A stretch of 64,000 nucleotides of DNA from a bacterium (GTDB lineage: Bacteria > UBA8248), in contig CBDCRP010000003.1 of the NCBI GenBank assembly GCA_965221165.1, forward strand, positions 1,504,001-1,568,000, given 5' to 3'. The position numbers and the translations under genes were made by a program. Below the pieces are notes generated by a model. The model was given only the letters and a program-made list of their open reading frames with translations. It was not told the origin of the DNA and searched no databases. Shown here one piece after another: positions 39,675 through 49,428 of this stretch. Each line of letters opens with the position of its first letter. Position 1 is the first letter of the stretch.

Positions 39675-40766
39675 ATGGAAGAAGCGACACCCGATACCAG
39701 GGCCGGGCAGCACCTGATGGCCGGCTTCGAGGGTACGGAAGCCCCGGCCTCGCTCCTGGCGCGCGTTCGCGCGGGCAGAATCGGCGGCGTCATCCTGTTC
39801 AAGCGAAACATCGAATCAGCCGCGCAGACGGCGGTCCTCATCAACACCTTACAAGTTGCCGCCCTCGCCTCACCTCTCGAAGCTCCCCTTCTCGTGGGAA
39901 TCGACCAGGAGGGCGGGCGCGTGAGCCGACTGTCCCCTGACTTCACTCTCTTCCCGGCGGCGCGGGGTTTCGGCGATTTGAACCAGCCCGCCCTCGCGCG
40001 CGAAGCCGCGCGAATCACCGGAGCGGAACTCGAGGCCGTGGGCGTGAACGTGAACTTCGCACCCACCGTGGACGTCTTGACGAACCCCGAATGCGCCGTC
40101 ATCGGCGACCGCGCATACGGAACGACTCCAGAAGTCGTCACAAGCATGGGCGCGGCCGTAACAGCCGGTCTTCAGGAGGCGGGCGTCGCCGCGTGCGCCA
40201 AGCATTTCCCCGGCATCGGGGACATGGCCCCCGACCCCCACGAGGTGCTGCCGAGGTCTCCGCTCACGCTCGACGACTTAAGGGCGCGCGAACTTACGCC
40301 CTTTCAGCACCTCATCCGCCGCGCACCTCCCGCCTGCGTCATGGTCTCCCACGCGGTCTATGAGAAAATAGACGACGAGGCCCCGGCCAGCCTCTCCCCC
40401 GTCTTTCTTCAAGAGGTTCTGCGCGGGGAACTCGGGTTCCGGGGCGTCGCGATCACCGACGATCTGGATATGGGCGCGATAGAAGACCCCGCAGACGCCG
40501 CCCTGCGCGCCATCCTCGCAGGGGCGGACGTCGCCCTTATCTGTCATTCAGAAGACGCGGGGGAACGCGCTGTGGATGCCATCGCGGGGGCTATCGGAGA
40601 TGGCGACCTCCCCCCGGAGCAGGAGGAGGCCTCATCGGATCGGATACGCAGACTAAAAGAAAGCTACTGCCGCCCGAACTGGCGGAAGGAGATGCTCGAA
40701 GTTATAGGCTGCGCGGAACACCAGCGAGCGAGGGAGAGAATTCTCGCCGCGGTCGAAGGAGCCTGA
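39675..40766 (+). CDS. nagZ: Beta-N-acetylhexosaminidase (GH3)
   Basis: DQEGGRV.R, NFAP..D, KHFPG.G....D.H, TDDL.MGA. Confidence 0.9.
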   Translation: MEEATPDTRAGQHLMAGFEGTEAPASLLARVRAGRIGGVILFKRNIESAAQTAVLINTLQVAALASPLEAPLLVGIDQEGGRVSRLSPDFTLFPAARGFGDLNQPALAREAARITGAELEAVGVNVNFAPTVDVLTNPECAVIGDRAYGTTPEVVTSMGAAVTAGLQEAGVAACAKHFPGIGDMAPDPHEVLPRSPLTLDDLRARELTPFQHLIRRAPPACVMVSHAVYEKIDDEAPASLSPVFLQEVLRGELGFRGVAITDDLDMGAIEDPADAALRAILAGADVALICHSEDAGERAVDAIAGAIGDGDLPPEQEEASSDRIRRLKESYCRPNWRKEMLEVIGCAEHQRARERILAAVEGA

Positions 40767-40778
40767 CACCTCTACCCG

Positions 40779-41834
40779 TTACACGTTAAAGCGCACGTGC
40801 ATGATGTCGCCGTCCTTGACGACGTAGTCCTTGCCTTCCAGCCTTAAAATCCCCTTATCCCGCGCCGCCGAGAGCGAGCCCGCCGCCATGAAATCGGGAA
40901 ACGAGACCACCTCCGCGCGAATGAAGCCGCGCTCCATATCGGAATGTATCGTGCCCGCCGCGTGAAGAGCGATAGTGCCCGCGCGAACCGGCCAGGAGCG
41001 CACCTCCTCTTCGCTCACGGTGAAGAAACAGCGCAGGTCGAGCAGCGAGAATGACGCCTGAACCACCCTGTCGAGGGCTGAGGATTTCAGCGCGTAGTCG
41101 GCGAGAAATTCCGCTTGCTCCTGATGGGGCAACTGCGCGAGTTCTTCTTCCAACCTTGCGGCCAGGGCGACGGGCGTCTCCCCGTCCAGTTCACCGAAAG
41201 CGTCTCCCAACTGATCCTCGCCTACGTTCACCACCACGAGCAGCGGCTTGGCGGAGAGAAAGCCGAACCCCTTGACGGAGCGCGCTTCTTCCTCGTTCAT
41301 CTCCATCGAGCGCACCGGACGGCCCTCTTCGAGCGTCTCCTGTATCTTCCCCAGAAGTGCAAACTCCGCCGCCTCGGCGGGGTCTTTCTTGACGCGCACC
41401 AGTTTTTGCAGCCGCTCCATGCGGCGTTCGACCACCGAGAGGTCGCGCAGCATCAAATCGAAGCGCACGTCCGCCAGATCGCGCGCGGGGTCGACGCTCT
41501 CCCTGGGATGCGGAACGCCCGCGTCATGAAAAGCGCGCACCACCACCAGGAGCGCATCCGCACCTTCCAAGGCCTGGGGGATGGCCTCGGCGTTCTTGGC
41601 CGCACTCCCATCACCCACGCCCGCATCCACGAAGTTGACGGCCGCGTAGGTCGTCTTCCTGGGCTTGAACACCTCGCTCAGCGCATCCACCCGCGCATCC
41701 GCCACGTGAGCCGCGCCCACGTTCACCCGCGCCGCCCCGTATCCACCGGTAGAAGCCGCGCCACCCGTCAGCGCGTTGAACAGCGTCGTCTTGCCCGAGG
41801 CTGCGGGACCGATGATTCCTATCTTCACACGCAC
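40779..41834 (-). CDS. ychF: YchF-family ATPase (divergent G motifs)
   Basis: GKTTLFNALT, D.R...L, FFTV.E.EVR.W, AGTIHSD.ERGFIRAEV, EGKDY.V.DGD. Confidence 0.88.
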   Translation of the reverse strand: MRVKIGIIGPAASGKTTLFNALTGGAASTGGYGAARVNVGAAHVADARVDALSEVFKPRKTTYAAVNFVDAGVGDGSAAKNAEAIPQALEGADALLVVVRAFHDAGVPHPRESVDPARDLADVRFDLMLRDLSVVERRMERLQKLVRVKKDPAEAAEFALLGKIQETLEEGRPVRSMEMNEEEARSVKGFGFLSAKPLLVVVNVGEDQLGDAFGELDGETPVALAARLEEELAQLPHQEQAEFLADYALKSSALDRVVQASFSLLDLRCFFTVSEEEVRSWPVRAGTIALHAAGTIHSDMERGFIRAEVVSFPDFMAAGSLSAARDKGILRLEGKDYVVKDGDIMHVRFNV

Positions 41835-41963
41835 ACTCCTTTAGGAAACATGAACACGCAAAACGCGCGCGAGTGTAAGAGAACGGGGGCAAGAGGTCAA
41901 AAGGGATTGTGGTCAATCGCGACTGGAGAGGGGGGAATTTTGAGGGACGGGTGCAAAAAGTTC

Positions 41964-42155
41964 GGGCGGACACATAGGTCCGCCCCTACGGTGGCATGAA
42001 GGCACCAGAATTATGTAGGGTCAGACATATATGTCTGACCTGTGTGTTCTCCCTGATGATCTGAGGACTCCGATAGCAATGGCTGTAGGGACAGGCCCCT
42101 GTGCCTGTCCTGATGGAGGATAACAGGGGGGACAACCACAGGGGGTTGTCCCTAC
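41964..42155. repeat. Four GTAG-type REP palindromes with different stems
   Basis: GGGCGGAC/GTCCGCCC-CTAC; GTAG-GGTCAGACAT/ATGTCTGACC; GTAG-GGACAGGC/GCCTGTCC; GGGACAACC/GGTTGTCC-CTAC. Confidence 0.88.
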
Positions 42156-42157
42156 AA

Positions 42158-43312
42158 CTAACGGAGATAAGGGCGCTCCCAAGGAGCAAAAGGACTCCTC
42201 AAAAGACGTTCCCTTTCCCCAGGCTTCGGAACCCATCCAAAATACCTCGGTGGTCGTCGGGGGGTAAGACCCCGCAACGCCCGCTCCGCCGAGGAGACAA
42301 GGAGTTTATTGCCACTCTTGCCGCCCAACTTGATTGCTTCCTCGAAATCTTTCTTCGCTTCTTTTCTTAGACGCAACTTCTCCTTCCCTTTTCTATTTAG
42401 ACTCAACGCCACTTTAGCTTTACCTCGATCATAGTACGCCGAGGCAAAATTGGTTTTCAGGTTAATTGCTTTGCCATAATCGTCGATGGCTCCTTGGTAT
42501 TTCTTCAATGCGGCCTTCGCATTGCCACGATTTTTGTAAACTATCGAATCATTTTTCAGCTTGAGCGCCTCGGTGTAATCTGTAATGGCCTTATCATATT
42601 GGCGCAATGCGGCCTTCGCTCTGCCACGATTTCTGTAAGCTATCGCGGTCTTCACATGGCCCCAGTTTTTTTCGTATATTTCCGAAGACTTCGTTTTCAG
42701 GGAGTTTACCTTTTTGATTACCACGTCGTAATCTTTAATAGCGGCTTCGTATTGACGCGCCCAAAGTTTCACAAAACCCTTTCGGTTATATAGTTTCAAA
42801 TCATTGAGAATTTTAGGTGTATCGTTCTTGTCTTTCTCTTCCAGCGTTTGCTTTTTAACCTCGCTGACTTCTGTGAAAATTTTGGCTATTTCCAAACGAA
42901 ACTCTTTAGCTCTTCCTAGCTCACGCCTCACAACATCAAGGAGTTCACTGGACTCTTTAGCATTTTCTTGTATAGTAACAATAATTTTCTGGGCTTCTGA
43001 AATACTTGCTCGCGCATCTACAACTATTTGCTTGGTCTGCTTCGCACTTTTTCCCACATCGTCAACGATTGTTTTGAGCTTCTTCACACTTTCTTGCGCA
43101 TTATTAACACTTCTTCGCGCATCATTTTCGAGTTTCGGGAATACAGCGAAACCGATAAAACCAGAGATAGCAAGAAAAGTAGCGATGCCAGTCAACCAGC
43201 GATTTAGCCGTTCAGTTCGGATTACCAGCATTTCACGCCCGAGTTCGTTGATGATGCGTTGTTTCTCGACCTCAGAGGTGGAGTTCTGTGGCTCAGGAGT
43301 CTGAGCGGCCAT
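42158..43312 (-). CDS. Membrane-anchored coiled-coil + TPR protein, AT-rich insert
   Basis: One TM helix, heptad region, then TPRs (AYRNRGRAK..L.QY..AI.DY..A; YKNRGNAK; AYYDRGKAK). Confidence 0.8.
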   Translation of the reverse strand: MAAQTPEPQNSTSEVEKQRIINELGREMLVIRTERLNRWLTGIATFLAISGFIGFAVFPKLENDARRSVNNAQESVKKLKTIVDDVGKSAKQTKQIVVDARASISEAQKIIVTIQENAKESSELLDVVRRELGRAKEFRLEIAKIFTEVSEVKKQTLEEKDKNDTPKILNDLKLYNRKGFVKLWARQYEAAIKDYDVVIKKVNSLKTKSSEIYEKNWGHVKTAIAYRNRGRAKAALRQYDKAITDYTEALKLKNDSIVYKNRGNAKAALKKYQGAIDDYGKAINLKTNFASAYYDRGKAKVALSLNRKGKEKLRLRKEAKKDFEEAIKLGGKSGNKLLVSSAERALRGLTPRRPPRYFGWVPKPGERERLLRSPFAPWERPYLR

Positions 43313-43443
43313 ATATTCCTTCACCTCCATCGGATACGCTTCTGGAACGCGCCCAAGATGGACCTTGCGATTCGCTATTGATTTTGTCGCTGGAAGGAAT
43401 TACAGCATGGTGCCCGGCGGAGCGTCAAACCAAAAGCTCCCCC

Positions 43444-45672
43444 TCACCCCACCCTGTTCACATATATCGGACTCGACCAGGCCTGGCCGCCGTCGACTTG
43501 CAGGACGCGCACCCAGTAGGGGTTGACGGCGTCGGGGGAGGCGTCCTCATCCGTGAACTGAAAGCGCGCGCTCCAGTCCTTGAGGGTCGGGGCCATCTCG
43601 CAAACGAGCACCCGGATATTCACGCCGCCGGCTTCGATGATTGTCGGCTCCGTGGAAATCTCACTGATGGGGAGTATGAAACTCTTGACGTTGCTGAAAA
43701 AAGAGAGCGTGGCGTCCTCAGGCGCATCCAGGTCGATGAGCACGCCGTCGGGGTCGCCCGAGGTGGCGGTGGCGAAGCGCAGCAGCTTGTTCGAGACGCG
43801 GGTGATGGCGTCGTCGTACTGATCGAGCGCGTAGGGGGTGTGTGCGAGCATGGCGCCCTTATCGAGCGCGACCCCGCCGCGCCATTCGACCTTCTTGTCG
43901 CGCCCGCTTTTTTGCGTCACCCCGCTCCACTGCACGCGGATGCGCCGCGCGCGGGCCTTGGCCTCCGGCACGGCATTCACCGGGTGGCGGTGTATGGTCT
44001 CCGAGCCGCGTTTCAGCTCCACGTCCAGCAAGGGCGCCGTGCCGTGGACCTCGACTCTAATCGTGGGCGGGCCTTCGACCTGGACCTCCTCGCCCATCAG
44101 GGCCTCCCCGCAGGAGGTCTTGAGATAGATGCGCTCCCCGTTGGTGGCGTAGGTCCTCCGCGCGCGCATCGCCTCCCAGACGGCCTCGCGCGTGAGTTCA
44201 CGCGCATAAAGACCCATCAAGCCGCCTTTCACGTCGAAGGTGACGACGTTGTTCGAACGGCGGTTCGCGTAGACCAGCCCCTGGCGGCCCGTGTGGTCGT
44301 CGCTCCCGCCGATGAAGCCGACCCTGAAACCGCGCGCGAGCACTTCCTCCGCGAACCACTCGAAGGTGCCGTGGTGTGAGTGAATTTCCGCCAAGTGAAC
44401 GAATTCGGGATCGAAGAAATCGAGGTTGCACGCCCGTCCGCCCACGTGGGCGACGCTCATCACGTCCGCGCGTCCCCTAAAGGTCTCCCAGAGAGCCGAG
44501 ATGGGGAACCTGTCGTCTTCTACATCCGATAAATCCTCGACGCCGGCGTGGGAGCTTCTGTGGATGGTTCCCGCATCGCCTGAGTAATAGATGTTGTAAT
44601 CGCCGCCTCCTGCGCGCGTGCCCGACCATTCATAGCCTAAAAGCGTGACGAAGCGGCCCGGCTCGTTGAACGCCTTACACTCCCTTACGACCTCCGCCCA
44701 GTCTTCCTTGCGGACCCTGAAATCGTTGCCCTGCCACGCGGCGACGTCCACCCCCGCCTTATCGCGCGCGAAGCGGAAATACTCCGCAACCGTGCCCGTG
44801 CCGACCGTGGAGCGCGTCTGGCCGTGGATGTCTCCCCAGAAGAGGGACCAGGGATCATCGGGGGTTTTGGGCAGAATCGGCGGACTTAGTGATATCAGCC
44901 CCGCCGGGTCTTCTAGGCGCAGGCGATAGGGACCCTCGCCCGCCAGGCGCGCGCCGCCCACGCGCTTGACGCCGGCGTCATCGCGTGAGAACTCCACCCG
45001 GCCCGGCGCGGCATCCTCCTCGCGCCACCTCAAAAGGCTTTTTCTGACCGACACCTCGCCGGTAAATTCCTCCGCCGGGTTCCCCCAGCTATCCACGCCG
45101 CGCACGATGGCGCTGAATTCCTCCCCGAGCTTTGGCGTTTGCGGACAGGCCAGATGCCACGTCTCGGGCGCGCCGCCCACGACGCGGATCGAAGGATCCT
45201 CTTCCAGTTCATAAAAATGCTTGCGGTTGAAGGTGTCCACCACGATCTTGAACGTGTGGCGGGATTCCGGGAACGTCTGTGCGCGGATGCCCGGCCCGCC
45301 GCCGCTGGTGTCGCCCAGAACGAGCACGACCTCATCGCCTTCGCACAAAAAACCCTTCGCCACGCGGATGGCGACGCCTGAGCGCCAATCGTCGAGATAG
45401 CCCTGTTCCTGATAACTGAGAGTCAAGCCCACTTCCTGATTCGAGCAGGAGACGCTCACATAGCCCGAGGCAGCGGGGTCTTCAAACTGGGGGATTTCCA
45501 TGTCGCTCGAAAGCCGTTTGCACACCAGTATCTGCGCGCCCTCATCCACCCCGTAGGTTCCCGCGGTGAAGATGATTTTTAGGCTAAAGAACGCTCCCGC
45601 CACGATGGGGGTTACAGGCTCCACGCGGGCGCGGCCTACGTCGAAGCGGTAGGGGTCGAGTCGCTTGTCCAT
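43444..45672 (-). CDS. DUF3604/PHP-like metallohydrolase
   Basis: LFWGDIHGQT, GYEWSG, AHVGG, EIHS.HG, GGSDDH, RRTYAT. Confidence 0.78.
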   Translation of the reverse strand: MDKRLDPYRFDVGRARVEPVTPIVAGAFFSLKIIFTAGTYGVDEGAQILVCKRLSSDMEIPQFEDPAASGYVSVSCSNQEVGLTLSYQEQGYLDDWRSGVAIRVAKGFLCEGDEVVLVLGDTSGGGPGIRAQTFPESRHTFKIVVDTFNRKHFYELEEDPSIRVVGGAPETWHLACPQTPKLGEEFSAIVRGVDSWGNPAEEFTGEVSVRKSLLRWREEDAAPGRVEFSRDDAGVKRVGGARLAGEGPYRLRLEDPAGLISLSPPILPKTPDDPWSLFWGDIHGQTRSTVGTGTVAEYFRFARDKAGVDVAAWQGNDFRVRKEDWAEVVRECKAFNEPGRFVTLLGYEWSGTRAGGGDYNIYYSGDAGTIHRSSHAGVEDLSDVEDDRFPISALWETFRGRADVMSVAHVGGRACNLDFFDPEFVHLAEIHSHHGTFEWFAEEVLARGFRVGFIGGSDDHTGRQGLVYANRRSNNVVTFDVKGGLMGLYARELTREAVWEAMRARRTYATNGERIYLKTSCGEALMGEEVQVEGPPTIRVEVHGTAPLLDVELKRGSETIHRHPVNAVPEAKARARRIRVQWSGVTQKSGRDKKVEWRGGVALDKGAMLAHTPYALDQYDDAITRVSNKLLRFATATSGDPDGVLIDLDAPEDATLSFFSNVKSFILPISEISTEPTIIEAGGVNIRVLVCEMAPTLKDWSARFQFTDEDASPDAVNPYWVRVLQVDGGQAWSSPIYVNRVG

Positions 45673-45733
45673 CAGGAGGGTTCCTTCGGGTTTGTGTTGT
45701 TCAAACCAGAAAACGCCGCACACTCCGCGCTTC

Positions 45734-46489
45734 TTATTCCCCGTAGGCGCGGGCCTCATCCACGAAGCGCGAGAAAAGCTGCGCCGCCCCGTCCATATCG
45801 GCGTAGCCGTAGGCCGACATGGATTCTGGATGCCACTGCACGCCCACGACGAACTGGTGCGAGGGAGACTCGATGGCCTCGATGACGCCGTCTTCGGTCC
45901 TGGCCGAAACCCGCACGCCCGGCCCCACCTCGCGCGCGCTCTGGTGGTGGTGGCTGTTCACCACCGACGAGGTTCCGAGCACCTCGCCCAGGATGGACTC
46001 GCCGATCTCTATCTCGTGAAACGTGTAGGTGTTCTCATCCGTGTTCCCGGGCCGGTGCGTGAGCGCGCCCGCCACCTGGGAGGGGATGTCCTGATAGAGC
46101 GTGCCGCCCGCCGCGATGTTGATGACCTGCATGCCGCCGCAGATGCCGAGCACGGGCATGTCGCGCGACATCGCTCCCCGGCAGGCCGCCATCTCCGCCG
46201 TCTCGCGCTTGGGGTTCGTGGGGCTGCACTCTGGAAGGCGTTCCTCGCCGTAGAGCATGGGGTCGATGTCGTGCCCGCCGCCCGAGATGATCAGCCCGTC
46301 GATGCCGAGGATCAAAGAGACGCTCGCCTGCTCGTCCTCCACCGCGGGCAGAAGCAGCGGCGCGCCGCCCGCCTTGATGACGGACTCCACGTAGGCGTCC
46401 ATGAGCACGTGTCGCGGGCGCACCTTGGGTTCTTCTGGATAATTTCTCTTGCCCACGTCACAGGTGATTCCGATTCTCGGCCGTTTCAT
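45734..46489 (-). CDS. Gamma-glutamyl-GABA hydrolase family (peptidase C26)
   Basis: SGG.DIDP..YGE, LGICGGMQ..N.A.GGTL.QDI, NSHHHQ, GVQWHPE. Confidence 0.9.
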   Translation of the reverse strand: MKRPRIGITCDVGKRNYPEEPKVRPRHVLMDAYVESVIKAGGAPLLLPAVEDEQASVSLILGIDGLIISGGGHDIDPMLYGEERLPECSPTNPKRETAEMAACRGAMSRDMPVLGICGGMQVINIAAGGTLYQDIPSQVAGALTHRPGNTDENTYTFHEIEIGESILGEVLGTSSVVNSHHHQSAREVGPGVRVSARTEDGVIEAIESPSHQFVVGVQWHPESMSAYGYADMDGAAQLFSRFVDEARAYGE

Positions 46490-46570
46490 CCGTTGCCGCC
46501 TCCCTCGCCAGGATCATAAAAAACTGAGGAAAATACATCAGAATTGCGATCGCCCGCGCACCGCAGGCGG

Positions 46571-46590
46571 AATGTGAATATCACCACATT
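46571..46590. promoter_or_regulatory. CRP/FNR-type palindromic operator
   Basis: aaTGTGA-atatca-CCACAtt in a divergent intergenic region. Confidence 0.5.
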
Positions 46591-46780
46591 TCGGGCGAAA
46601 CGGAAACCGCCCGAGCCCACAAGGCCCGAAACGCGCCACGCGGCCGTGCCCCGGCGGCGGAAGGGTGGATTCCCGCGACGGCACCCTTTATATTTCCAAA
46701 CGAGAGATTTACCGGAATACTTCGGCGTGGTCGGTGGTTTCGCTAGGGCCTCGTAGAGAGATGTTCTCCGGCAGGGAGGT

Positions 46781-47104
46781 TTGTTCAACTTGTTTCGTCT
46801 TTATCTCACGCGCCTGATATTGCCCATCCTCTTCGTGGCGGGGATGGTGGCGATTCCCTTCGTCTGGCTGCCCGACGTCGCGCCGCCGGACTCATCCCCC
46901 ACCCTCGGCGAAAAAACCTCCGGCGCGGCGGCGGTGGAGGAGAAAACCAGACGCGCCACGCCGTTTCAGAAGACGATGACGATAGGCTTCGCGCTCATCC
47001 TCGTTTCGGTGACGGGGGGGGGCTACATGCTCTACCGCATCACCCGATCGCAGACGGCGAGCTGGCGTCGCCGCTTCGCCCCCAAAAAGCGCCGGGGCCG
47101 CTGA
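46781..47104 (+). CDS. Hypothetical two-TM membrane protein
   Basis: GGAGG RBS + TTG; two hydrophobic helices and a basic tail. Confidence 0.55.
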   Translation: MFNLFRLYLTRLILPILFVAGMVAIPFVWLPDVAPPDSSPTLGEKTSGAAAVEEKTRRATPFQKTMTIGFALILVSVTGGGYMLYRITRSQTASWRRRFAPKKRRGR

Positions 47105-47233
47105 GGCGCGCACCCCTCCCTCATCGGTCACGATTGACTTCCCCGGTCGGAAGGATTTGACGAAACGCAGGCTCTTTTTTTATAGTCGTTAACGTCTCAA
47201 GTGCCAGAGGACCCATTCTCGGGGAGAAAGCAC

Positions 47234-47587
47234 ATGACGAAATTTGAATCCCTGAGCCTCACCGCAGCCTATATCAATCTCCTCGCCTCCTTCGGCGGCC
47301 TCGGGCTGCTCTACTACGGAATCCGCGTCATGGCGAAGGGCGCGGAAATGCGGGCGACCAACTCTGATCGCAAGCACACCGAAGTGATGACCGAATCCGA
47401 GCGCAAACACACCGAAACCATGACGGAATCCGATCGCAGGCACAACGACTTCCTGGCCGACTCCCGACGCAGGGAAGAGGAGGGGCTCCGCAGACACGAG
47501 GAGTCCATGGCGGCGTTGCACGCCCTCATCGACGGACAAACCGAAAGCCGCATGGCCCTTCGCGAACTCATCGAGCGAACCAGATAG
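47234..47587 (+). CDS. Small membrane-anchored protein with 11-residue repeats
   Basis: TM helix then SDRKHTEVMTE/SERKHTETMTE/SDRRHNDFLAD; TTGACG-18-TATAGT promoter (47157-47186) and GGAG RBS. Confidence 0.75.
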   Translation: MTKFESLSLTAAYINLLASFGGLGLLYYGIRVMAKGAEMRATNSDRKHTEVMTESERKHTETMTESDRRHNDFLADSRRREEEGLRRHEESMAALHALIDGQTESRMALRELIERTR

Positions 47588-47615
47588 CAAAGCCGGGCGG
47601 ACACACAGTCCGCCA

Positions 47616-48833
47616 CTATGAACGGCGCATCCTGAGCGACGCGCCGCTCAGCACCGACGATCCCGCCGCGTAGGCCAGGCACATGAGCGCGAGATTCTCC
47701 ACGCTCACGCCGTAGTCGATCATCCAGCCCATGACGACGGGCGAGAGCGCCGTGGATATCACCAGGAACGAGGTGGCGAGCGAGCGGATGGCCCCCAGAT
47801 TCTCCACCCCGTAGATTTCCGCCCAGATAGCCCCGCCGATGGTGATACGCACGCCGACGGTGACCCCCGTCATGCACATGTAGACGAGCGCGACGAGCCA
47901 GTGGTCGGAACTCCCGAGCGCCACGAGCCCGGCGCACATGGGCACCAGGTGCCAGGGGAGAATCCGGACCGCGCCTACGCGATCGATCAGGGGGCCGGTG
48001 AGCAGCGTCAGGCCGATGGACCCGACCGTGTAGAGCGTGTACGCGCCCGTGAAAAAGCCGAGGCTCCACCCCTTGGCCTCCACCAGATGCCCCATGTGAA
48101 AGAAAAAGCCTGTGGCAATGAATGCGGGCGCCAGAGAAACGGGCATGATGAGGTAGAAGCGCAGGTCCTTGAGCACCTCCCTTCTTCCCCACACCCCTTT
48201 GGGGCCGGAGCCGGAATCCGCTTCCGCGCGTCTTTCAGGGGTTAAATGCTCATCCTGATGCCCCCTGAGCAGCCAGGGGACGCATGGGAGCAGAACGAGG
48301 GCCGAACCCGCCGCCATCACCAGCCAGATGTGCCGCCAGGAGAGCCACGCGGTAAGCCCCACCGCCACGAGCGCCATCACCGCCTGCCCGGAGGGTCCGC
48401 CCATCGAGATGATGCTGACGGCGCGTCCGCGCTCGGCCGTGAAATGCCGGCCGATGCTCGTCACCGAGGTGTGGATCATCAATCCCTGGCCCGTCAGGCG
48501 CAGGGCGAACAGGGCGAAGAGCAGGGCCGGAAAAACGGGCGCCGCCGCCATCAGGACGCAGGATGCGACGAGCCCCAGGCAGACGCACAGGGCGAAAATT
48601 TTCAGCCTCGTCTTGTCGATCATCCGGCCTATCCATATCAGGCACATCGCGCTCGATACGGTGGCGACGGCGTAGGCGAGGCCGAAATCGCCGTGTGAGA
48701 GCGCGAAGGCGCTCCGGATGTCCTTGTTGAACACGGCGATGAAATACGACTGCCCGAAGCACGAAAAAAACGTGAGCAAAAGGCCGAATGCGAGAAACCT
48801 GCGGTTTTTCCACGCGAAGGAGAGATATTCCAA
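47616..48833 (-). CDS. MFS transporter
   Basis: FGQSYFI..F, LRLTGQG, RGRA.S, GPLIDR.G; 12-TM pattern. Confidence 0.9.
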   Translation of the reverse strand: MEYLSFAWKNRRFLAFGLLLTFFSCFGQSYFIAVFNKDIRSAFALSHGDFGLAYAVATVSSAMCLIWIGRMIDKTRLKIFALCVCLGLVASCVLMAAAPVFPALLFALFALRLTGQGLMIHTSVTSIGRHFTAERGRAVSIISMGGPSGQAVMALVAVGLTAWLSWRHIWLVMAAGSALVLLPCVPWLLRGHQDEHLTPERRAEADSGSGPKGVWGRREVLKDLRFYLIMPVSLAPAFIATGFFFHMGHLVEAKGWSLGFFTGAYTLYTVGSIGLTLLTGPLIDRVGAVRILPWHLVPMCAGLVALGSSDHWLVALVYMCMTGVTVGVRITIGGAIWAEIYGVENLGAIRSLATSFLVISTALSPVVMGWMIDYGVSVENLALMCLAYAAGSSVLSGASLRMRRS

Positions 48834-48987
48834 TGGCGGCCTTCATGCAGGGGAGCGGGGGATGTCGTTTCGAGGAGCAGTATAGCACGGGGGGTCAATT
48901 CCGAGCGAAGAGCGAGGAATTGCGAACCGGTGTGTTGCTCATCCGCATCAGCCCCTCCCTCCTCGGTCTGGCAGCCCCTCCCTCCTC

Positions 48988-49262
48988 GGGGCCGCCCCAC
49001 GCATATATGCGGCCCATGAGGACGAGCGAAAACCACACGCGTCGACAATCCTTCCTTCCTCGGTATCGACCATCATGGCGAAAACGACGAAAATCAAACC
49101 ACGGGTCGCATATATGCGACCCCTACAAGCCAATCCTGACCGATACGGGAGGGGTTGTGATTTCGAATACCTCATCATCAGGGCGGAGGCGCAGGTTCAC
49201 CCCTACCAAAGGCCCTCGCGAATCGAAATAAATGCGTAGGGGCGGACCTGCGTGTCCGCCCG
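48988..49262. repeat. REP palindrome cluster
   Basis: GGGTCGCAT-at-ATGCGACCC-CTAC (49103-49126); GTAG-GGGCGGAC..GTCCGCCC (49236-49262); two degenerate copies. Confidence 0.85.
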
Positions 49263-49428
49263 CATTTCGCACGTCGTTCCGGAATGCTTCCATCCGGAAT
49301 CCAGAGAATTTTTGGCCATGTGCAGGGGCGTTCAGACGAACGTAGGGCCGCCCGGACGCCCGGCTTGACACGGCTCCAGCCCGCCCATAACCTACCTGCA
49401 ACTCCAATAGCGAGGGGCCCGAGTCACC

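Noticed and set aside
46588-46640. c-di-GMP-I riboswitch
   Set aside because: GNRA-like loops are present, but the GCAAA/GACGCAAAG core and P1 arrangement are not matched.
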